Part shown: positions 10,308 through 19,771 of the stretch, in pieces
How the letters are laid out: each line of letters opens with the position of its first letter
Position numbering within the stretch: the first letter of the stretch is position 1
From: an uncultured Gammaproteobacteria bacterium
GTDB lineage: Bacteria; Patescibacteriota; Patescibacteriia; SG8-24
NCBI GenBank assembly: GCA_964486995.1
Contig: CAZAOV010000007.1
Span: 699 to 64,698 of the forward strand
Reading direction: 5' to 3'
DNA length: 64,000 nt
Translations under genes and position numbers: made by a program
The notes under the pieces: generated by a model
Databases searched by the model: none
What the model was told of the DNA's origin: nothing
Seen by the model: only the letters and a program-made list of their open reading frames with translations

Positions 10308-11405
10308 ATGGAAACTCCCTTCAAGCCAAAGGCGCGTGAAGTCATAGATCGGCTGTTCGGAATCGCCGTTGATCAAGGCGCCTCTGACCTTCATCTGGTG
10401 GTTAACAGGCCGCCGATTTTGCGTATAGGTGGACAGCTCACGCCAGTTAATGGCGCAGCCGTATTGAATGCAGAGAACGTTAAGCAGTTATGTTTTTCAA
10501 TTTTGACGGATGTTGAGCGCGAACGTTTTATTACCGAAAAAGAATTAGATGTCGCGCATCAAATTCCGTCCGGCAAGCGCTTCCGAATTAATTTGCATTG
10601 GGAAAGGGAGCATGTTGCAATGGCGGCTCGAACTATTCCGTCAGACATTCCGTCCATGAAAGATTTGGATCTGCCGCCGGTGGCGCACCAAATGGTTAAT
10701 TATCCGCATGGCTTGGTGCTGGTAACCGGACCGACCGGCGCCGGTAAGTCCACGACATTGGCGTCCATGATCGACAGCATCATAGATACTAAACCGGTTA
10801 ATGTGATTACCCTAGAAGATCCGATAGAGTTTTTGTTCGAATCTAAGACCGCAGTGGTTCGTCAGCGTCAGTTTGGTCAGGATTTTATAAGTTTTGAGGA
10901 AGGCCTGAAGCATATTTTACGCCAGGATCCGGATGTGGTGATGGTTGGTGAAATGCGTGACATGTCAACGATTTCCACCACGCTTACTATTGCCGAAACC
11001 GGTCACCTGGTATTCGCCACGTTGCACACCTACAGTGCGGCACAGACTATCGATCGTATTATCGACGCCTTTCCGGCGCATCAGCAGAATCAGATCAGAA
11101 CCCAGTTAGCGTTAACATTACGGGCGATTATCTCACAGCAGATGTTGCCTCAGACGGGCGGTGGTCGCGTAGCCTCGCGCGAGATTCTGGTGAATAACTA
11201 TGCCATTGCAAATCTGATACGTGACGGTAAGGTACAGCAGATTAATAACGTACTGCAGACATCCGTCGCCGATGGCATGACCACTCTCAGGCAGGATCTG
11301 AAACGTTTGGTTGAAATGAATCTGATTTCCGAGAAGACTGCTAGTGAGCATATTATCGGTGAAGCGAAATTGAATGAGGATGAAGAAGACGGTAAGAAAA
11401 AGTAG
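10308..11405 (+). CDS. pilT: Type IV pilus retraction ATPase PilT
   Basis: ASDLHL, Walker A GPTGAGKST, TLEDPIEF, LRQDPDV..VGEMRD, AETGHLVFATLHT, AIANLIRD. Start could be 10290. Confidence 0.93.
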   Translation: METPFKPKAREVIDRLFGIAVDQGASDLHLVVNRPPILRIGGQLTPVNGAAVLNAENVKQLCFSILTDVERERFITEKELDVAHQIPSGKRFRINLHWEREHVAMAARTIPSDIPSMKDLDLPPVAHQMVNYPHGLVLVTGPTGAGKSTTLASMIDSIIDTKPVNVITLEDPIEFLFESKTAVVRQRQFGQDFISFEEGLKHILRQDPDVVMVGEMRDMSTISTTLTIAETGHLVFATLHTYSAAQTIDRIIDAFPAHQQNQIRTQLALTLRAIISQQMLPQTGGGRVASREILVNNYAIANLIRDGKVQQINNVLQTSVADGMTTLRQDLKRLVEMNLISEKTASEHIIGEAKLNEDEEDGKKK

Positions 11406-11459
11406 ATATTTAGGTAATTGACAAATAGCCTTAAATGGGCTATTTTTGGTTAGGTGTTA

Positions 11460-11903
11460 GCGCTTCCGATATGGGGCAAGCTGCACCGCGTCGCAAGAAA
11501 TCATTTGCTCACCGTACTTATCGGTACGGCTCGCTGCATGATTCCTTGCGCCACGGCACATCTTACCCCATCTCGAAACCGCTTCACGTACTCGGCAAGA
11601 GGTTTACATATTAAGCGGGCGTAGTTCAACGGATAGAACGGCGGTTACGGAACCGTTAACGGGGGTTCGATTCCGTCTCGGGCGCTTCCGATATGGGGCA
11701 AGCTGCACCGCGTCGCAAGAAATCATTTGCTCACCGTACTTATCGGTACGGCTCGCTGCATGATTCCTTGCGCCACGGCACATCTTACCCCATCTCGAAA
11801 CCGCTTCACGTACTCGGCAAGAGGTTTACATATTAAGCGGGCGTAGTTCAACGGATAGAACGGCGGTCTTCGGAACCGTTAATGGGGGTTCGATTCCCTC
11901 CGC
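11460..11903. repeat. 222-bp tandem duplication (hairpin element plus tRNA-Arg)
   Basis: 11460-11645 is identical to 11682-11867 (186 bp); the copies then diverge inside the tRNA. Confidence 0.92.
11615..11685 (+). pseudogene. Degenerate tRNA-Arg copy
   Basis: 5' half identical to tRNA-Arg(TCG); 6-nt loop TACGGA; 3' acceptor strand does not pair; no CCA. Confidence 0.8.
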
Positions 11904-11911
11904 CCGCACCA
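11837..11911 (+). tRNA. tRNA-Arg(TCG)
   Basis: Cloverleaf GCGGGCG/CGCCCGC, anticodon arm GCGGT-CTTCGGA-ACCGT, TTCGATT loop, encoded CCA. Confidence 0.95.
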
Positions 11912-11943
11912 TGAAAAAACCAACCATTCGGTTGGTTTTTTCA
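11912..11943. terminator. Intrinsic terminator after tRNA-Arg
   Basis: AAAAAACCAACC-ATTC-GGTTGGTTTTTT. Confidence 0.8.
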
Positions 11944-11963
11944 TGCGCTGCCAGCATGCTTGA

Positions 11964-12137
11964 GCAAGAAGGAGGCTCTTTTATGAAGGTACGACCATAA
12001 ATCACTTCTACGAAAAGCTGTTTTTGCTCCGCGACCTGATGAATACGCAGACAGCGAAGGATGTTGCCAAGCAACGCCATGAATACACGGATTATTTCGT
12101 CAGCCAGTTTATGATTGAATCGTATGGCATGGAATAG
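11964..12137 (+). pseudogene. 3' fragment of an HD-domain phosphohydrolase (YedJ/YpgQ-like)
   Basis: Frame reads TTINHFYEKLFLLRDLMNTQTAKDVAKQRHEY...*, the typical C-terminus of this family; upstream TGA at 11961 and no HD domain. Confidence 0.75.
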
Positions 12138-12181
12138 GGCCAACCGCGACCGTACAGGTCGTATTTTTTATCCCAAACCTC

Positions 12182-12210
12182 TTTACAAGATTCAAAATAT
12201 ATGCTATAAA
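12182..12210 (+). promoter_or_regulatory. Sigma70-type promoter of tRNA-Lys
   Basis: TTTACA-17-TATAAA with extended TG. Confidence 0.7.
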
Positions 12211-12216
12211 TTGTTC

Positions 12217-12291
12217 GGGTCGGTAGCTCAACGGTAGAGCAAATGGCTCTTAACCATTAGGTTCAGGGTTCGAGTCCCTGTCGACCCACCA
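12217..12291 (+). tRNA. tRNA-Lys(CTT)
   Basis: GGGTCGG/TCGACCC acceptor, AATGG-CTCTTAA-CCATT anticodon arm, TTCGAGT loop, CCA. Confidence 0.95.
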
Positions 12292-12336
12292 GATATGGTG
12301 GCCCCAGCCGAATAGGCTGGGGCTTTCCGCTATTTA

Positions 12337-12446
12337 AGGGTCAACAGGGATGAGAAGGGCGGCGAGAGAATGCGTGCTGGTGAGCATTTGGTGCGTAGCT
12401 GCCCCAGTACCCGAGTCGGAGCGAGGGGGAGTCCCTGTCGACCCAC
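12337..12446. repeat. tRNA-Lys 3'-end-derived element (inverted plus direct copies)
   Basis: 12429-12446 exactly repeats tRNA positions 12272-12289; GGGTCAACAGGGA at ~12337 is a near-complement of the same segment. Confidence 0.8.
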
Positions 12447-12882
12447 AATATGCGAAAAACAGCCCTACAGGCTGTTTTTTCTTGTTTTCCAGAACGGGCG
12501 TCGCCTGTTTGATAGGCGAAATGCGCCACACTGGAGCGGTCTATCTCCCCACCGAACTCAACCAATATACCTTACTGTATGATCGAAATGCGCTGGCTGC
12601 TTGGCACATTTCATTCCGGCAGACGACCGCTTGACCTTGCAGATAGCAATTGTCAGGCGTGATTTGCATTATCAACGGAAAAAAAATGCCTTCGCGACGG
12701 AATTTATTGACGTCGAATATTTTATAAGCCTATAAATTAGGTCAATAATGACTTTATTTCGCAAGCGAAATCGCTAATATGATATAGAAAAGCGTTTCAA
12801 GAATGTTTTCACACTTAATTTAAGCTAAAAATCATGGTATAATATATATGTAATACATATCCCGATTAACAGGAGGGGGGAT

Positions 12883-15384
12883 ATGAGAATTTTCATCCAA
12901 TTTAGCTTCTTATTTGCCGAAATATTGCTCGCGGTCGTTGAGCTTGTCGTAGGTGCGTTGATTTTGCGCGAATTTTTGCGCAGGAGAAATCAACCGCACC
13001 TTTTTTATATGGCTATCAGTCTCATATTAATGGGGCTGGGGAATGTTAGCGGATTTACGGGCGACTTCTTATATTCATACGGCGCGGAGAATTATGCTCT
13101 TATTTTTACCGCAATCTTTTCTAATATAATTTTGTTGGGTTCGTTCTTTTTTGCGTGTGGCATCGTAAATCTCTATGCCACCAGAAAGAAGTTGTGGTAT
13201 GCGCTGACGGCAATACTCGCCGTGGCGTTTTTACTGTTTGGCAGAGTGGGGGTAGGGGAGGCTTTTGGCCAGATTATTCCGGCAGAATCCGTGAGTCAGT
13301 TCATGTCCGCCTATGGCTACTGGATTTTGGTGCATTTTGTTGCTTCGATGGTGATTTTTAAGGCATATGCAAAGAGTCGCCATAATAAACAACCGTGCGG
13401 GGAAGCTGATCGCATGTTGTTCATAGGAAGCGGCATGTCTATGTTTTCTGCAATTATCGCGATAGGTTTTCTATCTGTGCAGGCAACTCAATTTACTGCC
13501 CTGGTGTATTTAGTTTTAATAATCGGTTCGGCGTACAAATATCTCGGTGCAGTAGCAATTAAACATCCAGATAAGCAGATTCAGACAAAGCCTGGTCAAG
13601 CAGTAAGCGGATTCATGACGGCGAAGGTGCTAATAGCCTGCGGTCTATTCTTTGTTATTTTTTCCTTTGCCTTGGTGGCTACCGTAACGCAGTACTTCGT
13701 TCGAGGGTCAATTGATAAGCAACACAAATTTATTAAGCACACACTACAGCATGCGGCCGCCGAACAAATAAGGCAACAGCAGACTCTGCGCACAGTATCT
13801 GAGATGCTCGCATCTCACCATGGGAGCCTACAAGCGCTAAACGGAGATGGGTCTGCTTTGATCGAGCTAATCAGTTTTGTTCGTGAGGATAAAAATGTCG
13901 ATATTGATTTGGTAGACGAGAATGGGAGTGTAATCGCAAGCTCATACAGCAGAGATATTGGCGAGAATTTTTACGCTCGTGATATCGCAGTGGTTGCGAG
14001 TGCCCTTGAAGGAAAAACTAGCGTCAGCATCGATATGTTGCGGGGGCCAAATATGTGGTCAAATATCTCCGCCAGCCCCATTTTTGATGATTCAAGTCAG
14101 GTTAGGGGGGCGCTGGTCATATCTCAGCAACTAATCGCAAGAAATTTTACTCAATGCTTAAGTGAATTCGGGGCGGAAATTAGTGGGTGCGGGTTAATCT
14201 CGTCGCGGGACGAGCAGATTTATTCGTCAGGCCAATCGGTGGATGCATTAGCCATTAATCGATTCAGAAAATTAATTCAGATTGGCGGCAGTTTTGGAGA
14301 AGCTGACGACGATGAGCTTGGAAAATACTTTGTTAGTTCTTACGGCGATGATTTGGGGGAGGACGAGTTCTATTATGCGTTTACAGCAGATGAAGATCGA
14401 GATGCGGTCTTGTTGCGGATTATGTCAACTGTTGTATTGATTACGTTTCTATTTTTTGCGGCGTTTTCGTTCTTGCTGATTTTCGGCACAAGCCTGTTCC
14501 TCAAGCCGATAATGATATTGCGGCAGGCGGCTGTGCGGCTGTCTCGGGGAGAATTCGACCAAGTTCTAGAAAGATCTTCTGCGGATGAGATTGGTCAGTT
14601 GACGCAGGCCTTTAACGACATGACTGCGACCATACGGAAGCAAACTCGAAGCCTAAACGAAAAAATTCGCGAGCAACGGGATGCCTTGTCCCATACGGCG
14701 CATGAGATTCGAATACCGCTGAACATATTTCGTTGGTCATTAGAGATGCTTCGCTTCGGTGAGGTTGGGCCACTCAACAATGAGCAGATGGAGTTGGTGG
14801 AACAGATGAGCCAGACCAATAATCGAATCAGGAAGCTAGTCAACGAGCTGCTGGAAGTTTCGCGTCTCGAGCAGGGTGGGGTGAGTTTAGAATTGGCCGA
14901 TGTGCAGATAGAAAATCTAATCGATGAAACGGCGGGCAGTTTCTCGGTTCTTTTCCGCCAGAAAAAAATAGATTTTTATTGGCACCGACCGGATAATCAG
15001 CTTCCGCCGGTAAGGATTGACCGCGAGCGCATTATTCAGGTTTTGAATAATCTATTTAGTAACGCTGCCAAATTTACCAATGAAGAGGGGCATGTAGAAA
15101 TTTCCGTCAAGGAACAGCCCGTGTCTGGTCCAAGTGGTCAGAAAGGCAGGTTCATTCGGGTAACCGTCAAGGACAACGGTCAGGGAATTCCGAAGAACGA
15201 GCAAAAAAATATCTTCAGCAAATTTTATCGAGCCGCCAACGTCGTCAAAGCGGAGATACAGGGTACCGGGTTGGGTCTTTATCTATCAAAGAAATATGTT
15301 GAGATGCATGGCGGGGAAATATGGTTTGAGTCCAAAGAGAGTGAGGGGACGTCATTCCATATAACTCTTCCTGTGTCAGATTAA
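12883..15384 (+). CDS. Multi-TM sensor histidine kinase (N-terminal TM bundle, Cache-like sensor, HAMP, HisKA, HATPase)
   Basis: DEIGQL..AFNDM (HAMP), AHEIRIPL (H-box), NLFSNAAKF, DNGQGI, GTGLGL. Confidence 0.93.
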   Translation: MRIFIQFSFLFAEILLAVVELVVGALILREFLRRRNQPHLFYMAISLILMGLGNVSGFTGDFLYSYGAENYALIFTAIFSNIILLGSFFFACGIVNLYATRKKLWYALTAILAVAFLLFGRVGVGEAFGQIIPAESVSQFMSAYGYWILVHFVASMVIFKAYAKSRHNKQPCGEADRMLFIGSGMSMFSAIIAIGFLSVQATQFTALVYLVLIIGSAYKYLGAVAIKHPDKQIQTKPGQAVSGFMTAKVLIACGLFFVIFSFALVATVTQYFVRGSIDKQHKFIKHTLQHAAAEQIRQQQTLRTVSEMLASHHGSLQALNGDGSALIELISFVREDKNVDIDLVDENGSVIASSYSRDIGENFYARDIAVVASALEGKTSVSIDMLRGPNMWSNISASPIFDDSSQVRGALVISQQLIARNFTQCLSEFGAEISGCGLISSRDEQIYSSGQSVDALAINRFRKLIQIGGSFGEADDDELGKYFVSSYGDDLGEDEFYYAFTADEDRDAVLLRIMSTVVLITFLFFAAFSFLLIFGTSLFLKPIMILRQAAVRLSRGEFDQVLERSSADEIGQLTQAFNDMTATIRKQTRSLNEKIREQRDALSHTAHEIRIPLNIFRWSLEMLRFGEVGPLNNEQMELVEQMSQTNNRIRKLVNELLEVSRLEQGGVSLELADVQIENLIDETAGSFSVLFRQKKIDFYWHRPDNQLPPVRIDRERIIQVLNNLFSNAAKFTNEEGHVEISVKEQPVSGPSGQKGRFIRVTVKDNGQGIPKNEQKNIFSKFYRAANVVKAEIQGTGLGLYLSKKYVEMHGGEIWFESKESEGTSFHITLPVSD

Positions 15385-15408
15385 TCGAATCAGATTTCAC
15401 GACTATCT

Positions 15409-15798
15409 ATGGCAGAAAGAACATCTAAACTTAAAAAAGTTTTAATCATAGAGGACGAGCCCGCTCTTCGAGATATTTATGCTACTAAATTGGAGGGTGA
15501 CGGATTTGAGGTTATTCAGGCCAGTGACGGGTCTCAGGGCTTGAACGCGGCGATTCAATATTTACCGGATATCATTTTGTTGGATGTAATTATGCCAGTA
15601 AAGGACGGCTTTGAGACATTGCAAGATTTAAAGCTTAACCCAACGACAAAAGACATTCCGGTCGTTATTTTATCCAATCTCGGTCAAAGCTATGAGGTTA
15701 AGCGCGGTATGGATTTGGGTGCGGAAGATTTTCTGACCAAAGCGAATTTGATTCCGGCGAAGATCGCCGAGAAAGTTAAAGCCATCCTTGAAAAATAA
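15409..15798 (+). CDS. Stand-alone response regulator receiver
   Basis: IIEDE, LLDVIMP.KDG, LSNL, FLTK; no output domain. Confidence 0.93.
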   Translation: MAERTSKLKKVLIIEDEPALRDIYATKLEGDGFEVIQASDGSQGLNAAIQYLPDIILLDVIMPVKDGFETLQDLKLNPTTKDIPVVILSNLGQSYEVKRGMDLGAEDFLTKANLIPAKIAEKVKAILEK

Positions 15799-15810
15799 AA
15801 TTTTTTTGAT

Positions 15811-16206
15811 ATGCCAGAAGGCGACGGAAAAATTGAGGTAATGATTGTCGAGGACGATATGTTCCTACGAAAGATTTTGGCGAATAAATTCGGTAGGGAG
15901 GGCTTTGAGGTGCGTACCGCAGCTAACGGTGAGGAAGCCATAAATATGTTACGCAAACAAATTCCGTCTTTGCTGGTGTTGGACTTGATAATGCCAAAGA
16001 TGAGCGGTTTTGATGTTTTGGCAGAGGTGCGGGCAGATTCGAAGATGGCAGATCTTCCGGTCGTTGTGCTTTCCAACCTCAGCCAGGAAGAGGACATAGC
16101 TCGAGTCAAGGAAATGGGGGCGCTGAGCTTCCTGTCCAAGGCCGATAATTCCATCAATTATATCGTGTCTCAAATAAAGGAAGAGTACGCCAAGATAGCT
16201 AAATAG
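15811..16206 (+). CDS. Stand-alone response regulator receiver
   Basis: IVEDD, VLDLIMPKMSG, LSNL, FLSK; no output domain. Confidence 0.93.
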   Translation: MPEGDGKIEVMIVEDDMFLRKILANKFGREGFEVRTAANGEEAINMLRKQIPSLLVLDLIMPKMSGFDVLAEVRADSKMADLPVVVLSNLSQEEDIARVKEMGALSFLSKADNSINYIVSQIKEEYAKIAK

Positions 16207-17919
16207 ATGAATATCTCTGACGAACAACTAAAGAGTTTATTGCTAAGCTCGGGGGTCATCGAAGAGTCAGATTTTAAGGTTGCCGAAGAGGTGGTCAAGA
16301 AAACCGGTCTCCCGATTGAACAGGTGCTGATATCCAAGCGCCTGATTCCTGATGCGTATTTGGGTGAGTTGGTTGCCGAAAAGTTGGGGTTAAAATTTGT
16401 CGATTTGAAATCAATCGAAATACCGAACCACGTGTTACGCCTGATTCCTGAGCGAACCGCAAAAAGGAAGCGAGCCATTGCCTTCGGCGCCAGTCTTTCG
16501 AGTGGTTTGAAGTTGGCCATGGCTGATCCGAGCGATTTGGAATTCATTAGGAACATGGAGAAAAAAACCGGCTTGCGCGCTCAGGCTTATTTTGCTACTA
16601 AGGCCGGAATTAACCACGGGCTGGAGTCGTACACTAAGGATTTGGAAAGCGCGATTCGTAGCCTTGAGGAAAAATATGCCGCATTGACGACCGGTCGGCG
16701 GAAGGGCGGCGGCGCCGAAGAAGAAAGTAAGATTGTCAGCGTCGTTGATTTGATTATGGATTATGCGTATCAGAACGACGCCTCCGACGTTCACATCGAG
16801 CCACGCGAAGATTCAGTGATGGTTCGTTATCGTGTTGACGGCATTTTGCATGACGTAGCCATACTACCGCGGGAGTACCTGTCTGCCGTCGTCACTCGTA
16901 TCAAAATTCTGTCTCGGTTGCGTACGGACGAACACTTTGCCGCGCAGGACGGAAAATTTCAGGAGCGGGTAAACGGCAATCGTATCGATGTCCGTGTATC
17001 TATTATTCCAATTGTCGAGGGAGAAAAGGTGGTTATGCGCCTGCTGTCGGAAAGGGGAAAGACCTATGAGCTAGAAAGTCTGGGACTGACGGAGGGCGAG
17101 ATAAAGGTGATCCGCAAACACTCGCGTAAATCTTTCGGCATGATTTTGTCGACTGGTCCGACTGGCTCCGGTAAGACCACATCCCTGTACGCAATTTTAA
17201 ATGAGCTGAATACTCGTCACGTAAATATTGCCACCATCGAGGATCCAATTGAGTACGCCATGGAAGGAGCAAATCAAATCCAGGTCAATCCGAAGGCTGG
17301 TCTGACTTTCGCCTCCGGCCTGCGTTCTATCGTGCGTCAGGATCCGGATATCGTGATGGTAGGAGAGATTCGTGATCCAGAGACTGCAAGCATCGCGGTG
17401 AATGCCGCCATGACTGGGCACTTGGTGCTTTCAACTCTGCACACCAACGATGCGGCGACTGCCTTGCCGCGCTTTCGAGAAATGGAAATTGAACCGTTTT
17501 TGATCGCCTCAACGATTAACGTAATCGTTGCCCAGCGGTTGGTGCGACGTCTTTGTCCGAGATGCGTAATGAGCGAGGTGGTTCCAACGAGTGAATTGAG
17601 GAATCTTATTTCTGAAGACGTCATCAAGAAGTTTTTTGCGGGTAGCGACGGCAAGATTAGAAAAAGTGCCAACCTGTATCGCGGCAAAGGATGCGACAGC
17701 TGTAACCATTCCGGCTATAGCGGACGAATCGGCATATTTGAAATTCTGGAAATGTCCGAACCGATACGGCAACTGGTGATGGGGAACGCAAATTCGCAGA
17801 CCATACAGAATCAAGCGAAAGCCGATGGAATGGTTACCATGCTCGAGAACGGCATTCAAAAGGCGCTAGAAGGTGTGACCACTATCGACGAGGTGTTGCG
17901 TGTTACCGGCGAAACCTAA
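16207..17919 (+). CDS. pilB: Type IV pilus assembly ATPase PilB/GspE
   Basis: ASDVHIEP, GPTGSGKTT, EDPIEY, RQDPD..MVGEIRD, CPRC/CDSC zinc module, GYSGRIG. Confidence 0.95.
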   Translation: MNISDEQLKSLLLSSGVIEESDFKVAEEVVKKTGLPIEQVLISKRLIPDAYLGELVAEKLGLKFVDLKSIEIPNHVLRLIPERTAKRKRAIAFGASLSSGLKLAMADPSDLEFIRNMEKKTGLRAQAYFATKAGINHGLESYTKDLESAIRSLEEKYAALTTGRRKGGGAEEESKIVSVVDLIMDYAYQNDASDVHIEPREDSVMVRYRVDGILHDVAILPREYLSAVVTRIKILSRLRTDEHFAAQDGKFQERVNGNRIDVRVSIIPIVEGEKVVMRLLSERGKTYELESLGLTEGEIKVIRKHSRKSFGMILSTGPTGSGKTTSLYAILNELNTRHVNIATIEDPIEYAMEGANQIQVNPKAGLTFASGLRSIVRQDPDIVMVGEIRDPETASIAVNAAMTGHLVLSTLHTNDAATALPRFREMEIEPFLIASTINVIVAQRLVRRLCPRCVMSEVVPTSELRNLISEDVIKKFFAGSDGKIRKSANLYRGKGCDSCNHSGYSGRIGIFEILEMSEPIRQLVMGNANSQTIQNQAKADGMVTMLENGIQKALEGVTTIDEVLRVTGET

Positions 17920-17945
17920 AGGCTAGAGACATAAATTCAGGAGGA

Positions 17946-19169
17946 ATGTCATTTAAATACACTGCCGCAAACAGAGAGGGCGAGGTTCTTCATGGGGAAT
18001 CTGATTTAGGTTCGCGCGATGCGGTTTTGGGACAAATCGAATCTCAGGGTTTGATTGCTATTTCGGTCGATGAAATTGCTGACAGGAAAGAAAAGAAAAA
18101 ATTGAGTGAAATTGGTTTTGGTCGCATCAGAAACGTTGACATACTGCTGTTCACCAAGCATCTGTCGGTGATGCTCAAGGCGGGCTTAACGCTATCCGGT
18201 GCGCTAAGGGCTCTGGTCGATCAGACCAAATCACCGAAGTTCAAAAAAGTTTTGGATAACGTTCGAGCGAGGGTTGAACGGGGTGAAGGTTTTTCTAATG
18301 CGTTAGAGAAGCACCATAAAGTATTTTCCCCGTTCTATGTGCATGTGGTTCGAGCCGGTGAGATATCCGGAACCCTGGAGGAAAATTTAGAGCATCTGGC
18401 CGGTCAGTACGTCAAGGATTACAACCTGCGCAAGCGTGTCCAATCTGCCATGCTGTACCCGGGAATTGTTTTTGGGGCAGCACTACTGATCGGTTTTTTC
18501 TTCGCCTCGTATGTCTTGCCGCAGGTGAATAGCATTTTCTCCGGATTGGGTGATATCGATTTGCCGTGGGTGACCGAATTGCTAATGGCCGTCTCTAATT
18601 TCATGAGTGATAATACGTTGATTTCATTCTTAATAATGGTTGGCGCGGTCGCATTCTTCTGGTGGCTATTGCACCAGAAGTTTATCCGTCCGACTACGCA
18701 CTGGCTGACTCTGCACTTGCCGATTGTCGGCGGAATTGCGAAGGAAGTGAATTTGGCGCGGTTTTCGTTGATTTTAGGGACCTTGCTTAAAAGCGGCAAC
18801 GATATCGTTCGTGCCCTCGAGATTACACGAGAAGTATTGGACAACATGTACTACAAGCGAGTTATTGCCGAAGCGCATCTAGAAATGCAGCGCGGAATAA
18901 ATCTTCGTGAAAGCCTTAAAAAAAACGAGGATCTGTTCCCGTCGGTGGTGACGCATATGATTGACGTTGGTGAGCAGTCTGGGGAGCTGGAGGAGGTGCT
19001 GAAGTATCTCGCCGAATTCTACGAACTGGAAATCGAATCAACGATGAAAAATTTATCATCCGTTTTGGAGCCGGTACTATTGCTTTTTATTGGTTTAGTG
19101 GCCATGGGGCTAGCCTATGCGATTCTCATTCCGATTTATAACTACATTTCGGCGATTAGTAGTATCTAA
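17946..19169 (+). CDS. pilC: Type IV pilus platform protein PilC/GspF
   Basis: Two GspF repeats (AGEISGTL, VGEQSGEL), AMLYP, LEP; three TMs. Confidence 0.95.
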   Translation: MSFKYTAANREGEVLHGESDLGSRDAVLGQIESQGLIAISVDEIADRKEKKKLSEIGFGRIRNVDILLFTKHLSVMLKAGLTLSGALRALVDQTKSPKFKKVLDNVRARVERGEGFSNALEKHHKVFSPFYVHVVRAGEISGTLEENLEHLAGQYVKDYNLRKRVQSAMLYPGIVFGAALLIGFFFASYVLPQVNSIFSGLGDIDLPWVTELLMAVSNFMSDNTLISFLIMVGAVAFFWWLLHQKFIRPTTHWLTLHLPIVGGIAKEVNLARFSLILGTLLKSGNDIVRALEITREVLDNMYYKRVIAEAHLEMQRGINLRESLKKNEDLFPSVVTHMIDVGEQSGELEEVLKYLAEFYELEIESTMKNLSSVLEPVLLLFIGLVAMGLAYAILIPIYNYISAISSI

Positions 19170-19289
19170 AGTCGTGGGAGCATAGGAGAGTAGGAATGTC
19201 CTTAGGTTTAGATACATCAGTTTGCAGACCCGCAACAATAGGTAGCCGCACCTTTGGACGCTCATACGCTTCAACGCTCACATGTTTTT

Positions 19290-19769
19290 ATGTTCAATCA
19301 GGTTTCAAAAAACGGCAAGCAATATTTTGGCTTCACGGTCATCGAGGTCATAATAGCTGTTGCTCTATTGTTGAGCGCAGCGGCTTTGTCGGTTCCGTTT
19401 ATGTCCAGCACCCTATCGAGGAATGAACTGGATGTGGCATTACAGCGGGCTGTTGACATGCTAAACGAGGCCCGTTCATCCGCCTTCAATGGACTCGGCG
19501 GCGGTGAATTTGGGGTGCGTTTTGAGTCTGGGGCAGTGGTCTTTTTTTCCGGCGACACTTATTCAGCGGTTGATCCAGATAACGTTGATTTTATCTTGCC
19601 TGGATTTGTGAGCATTACCGACATAAGCATCAGCGGCGGCGGATCCGAGATTGTTTTCGAGAGCGTTTCCGGCGCGCCGACACAAACCGGCTCCGTCGAA
19701 TTCACTGATTCTTCCGGCGAGACAAAAACCGTGTCGGTAAACACTCACGGCACGGTGAATTTGGAATAA
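19290..19769 (+). CDS. Minor pilin (FimU/GspH-like)
   Basis: Prepilin motif G|FTVIEVII; C-terminal IVF..SG.P...VSVN..G pattern. Confidence 0.85.
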   Translation: MFNQVSKNGKQYFGFTVIEVIIAVALLLSAAALSVPFMSSTLSRNELDVALQRAVDMLNEARSSAFNGLGGGEFGVRFESGAVVFFSGDTYSAVDPDNVDFILPGFVSITDISISGGGSEIVFESVSGAPTQTGSVEFTDSSGETKTVSVNTHGTVNLE

Positions 19770-19771
19770 CC

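Noticed and set aside
11460-11911. CRISPR array or prophage att pair
   Set aside because: Only two long units, no spacers, and no cas or integrase genes.
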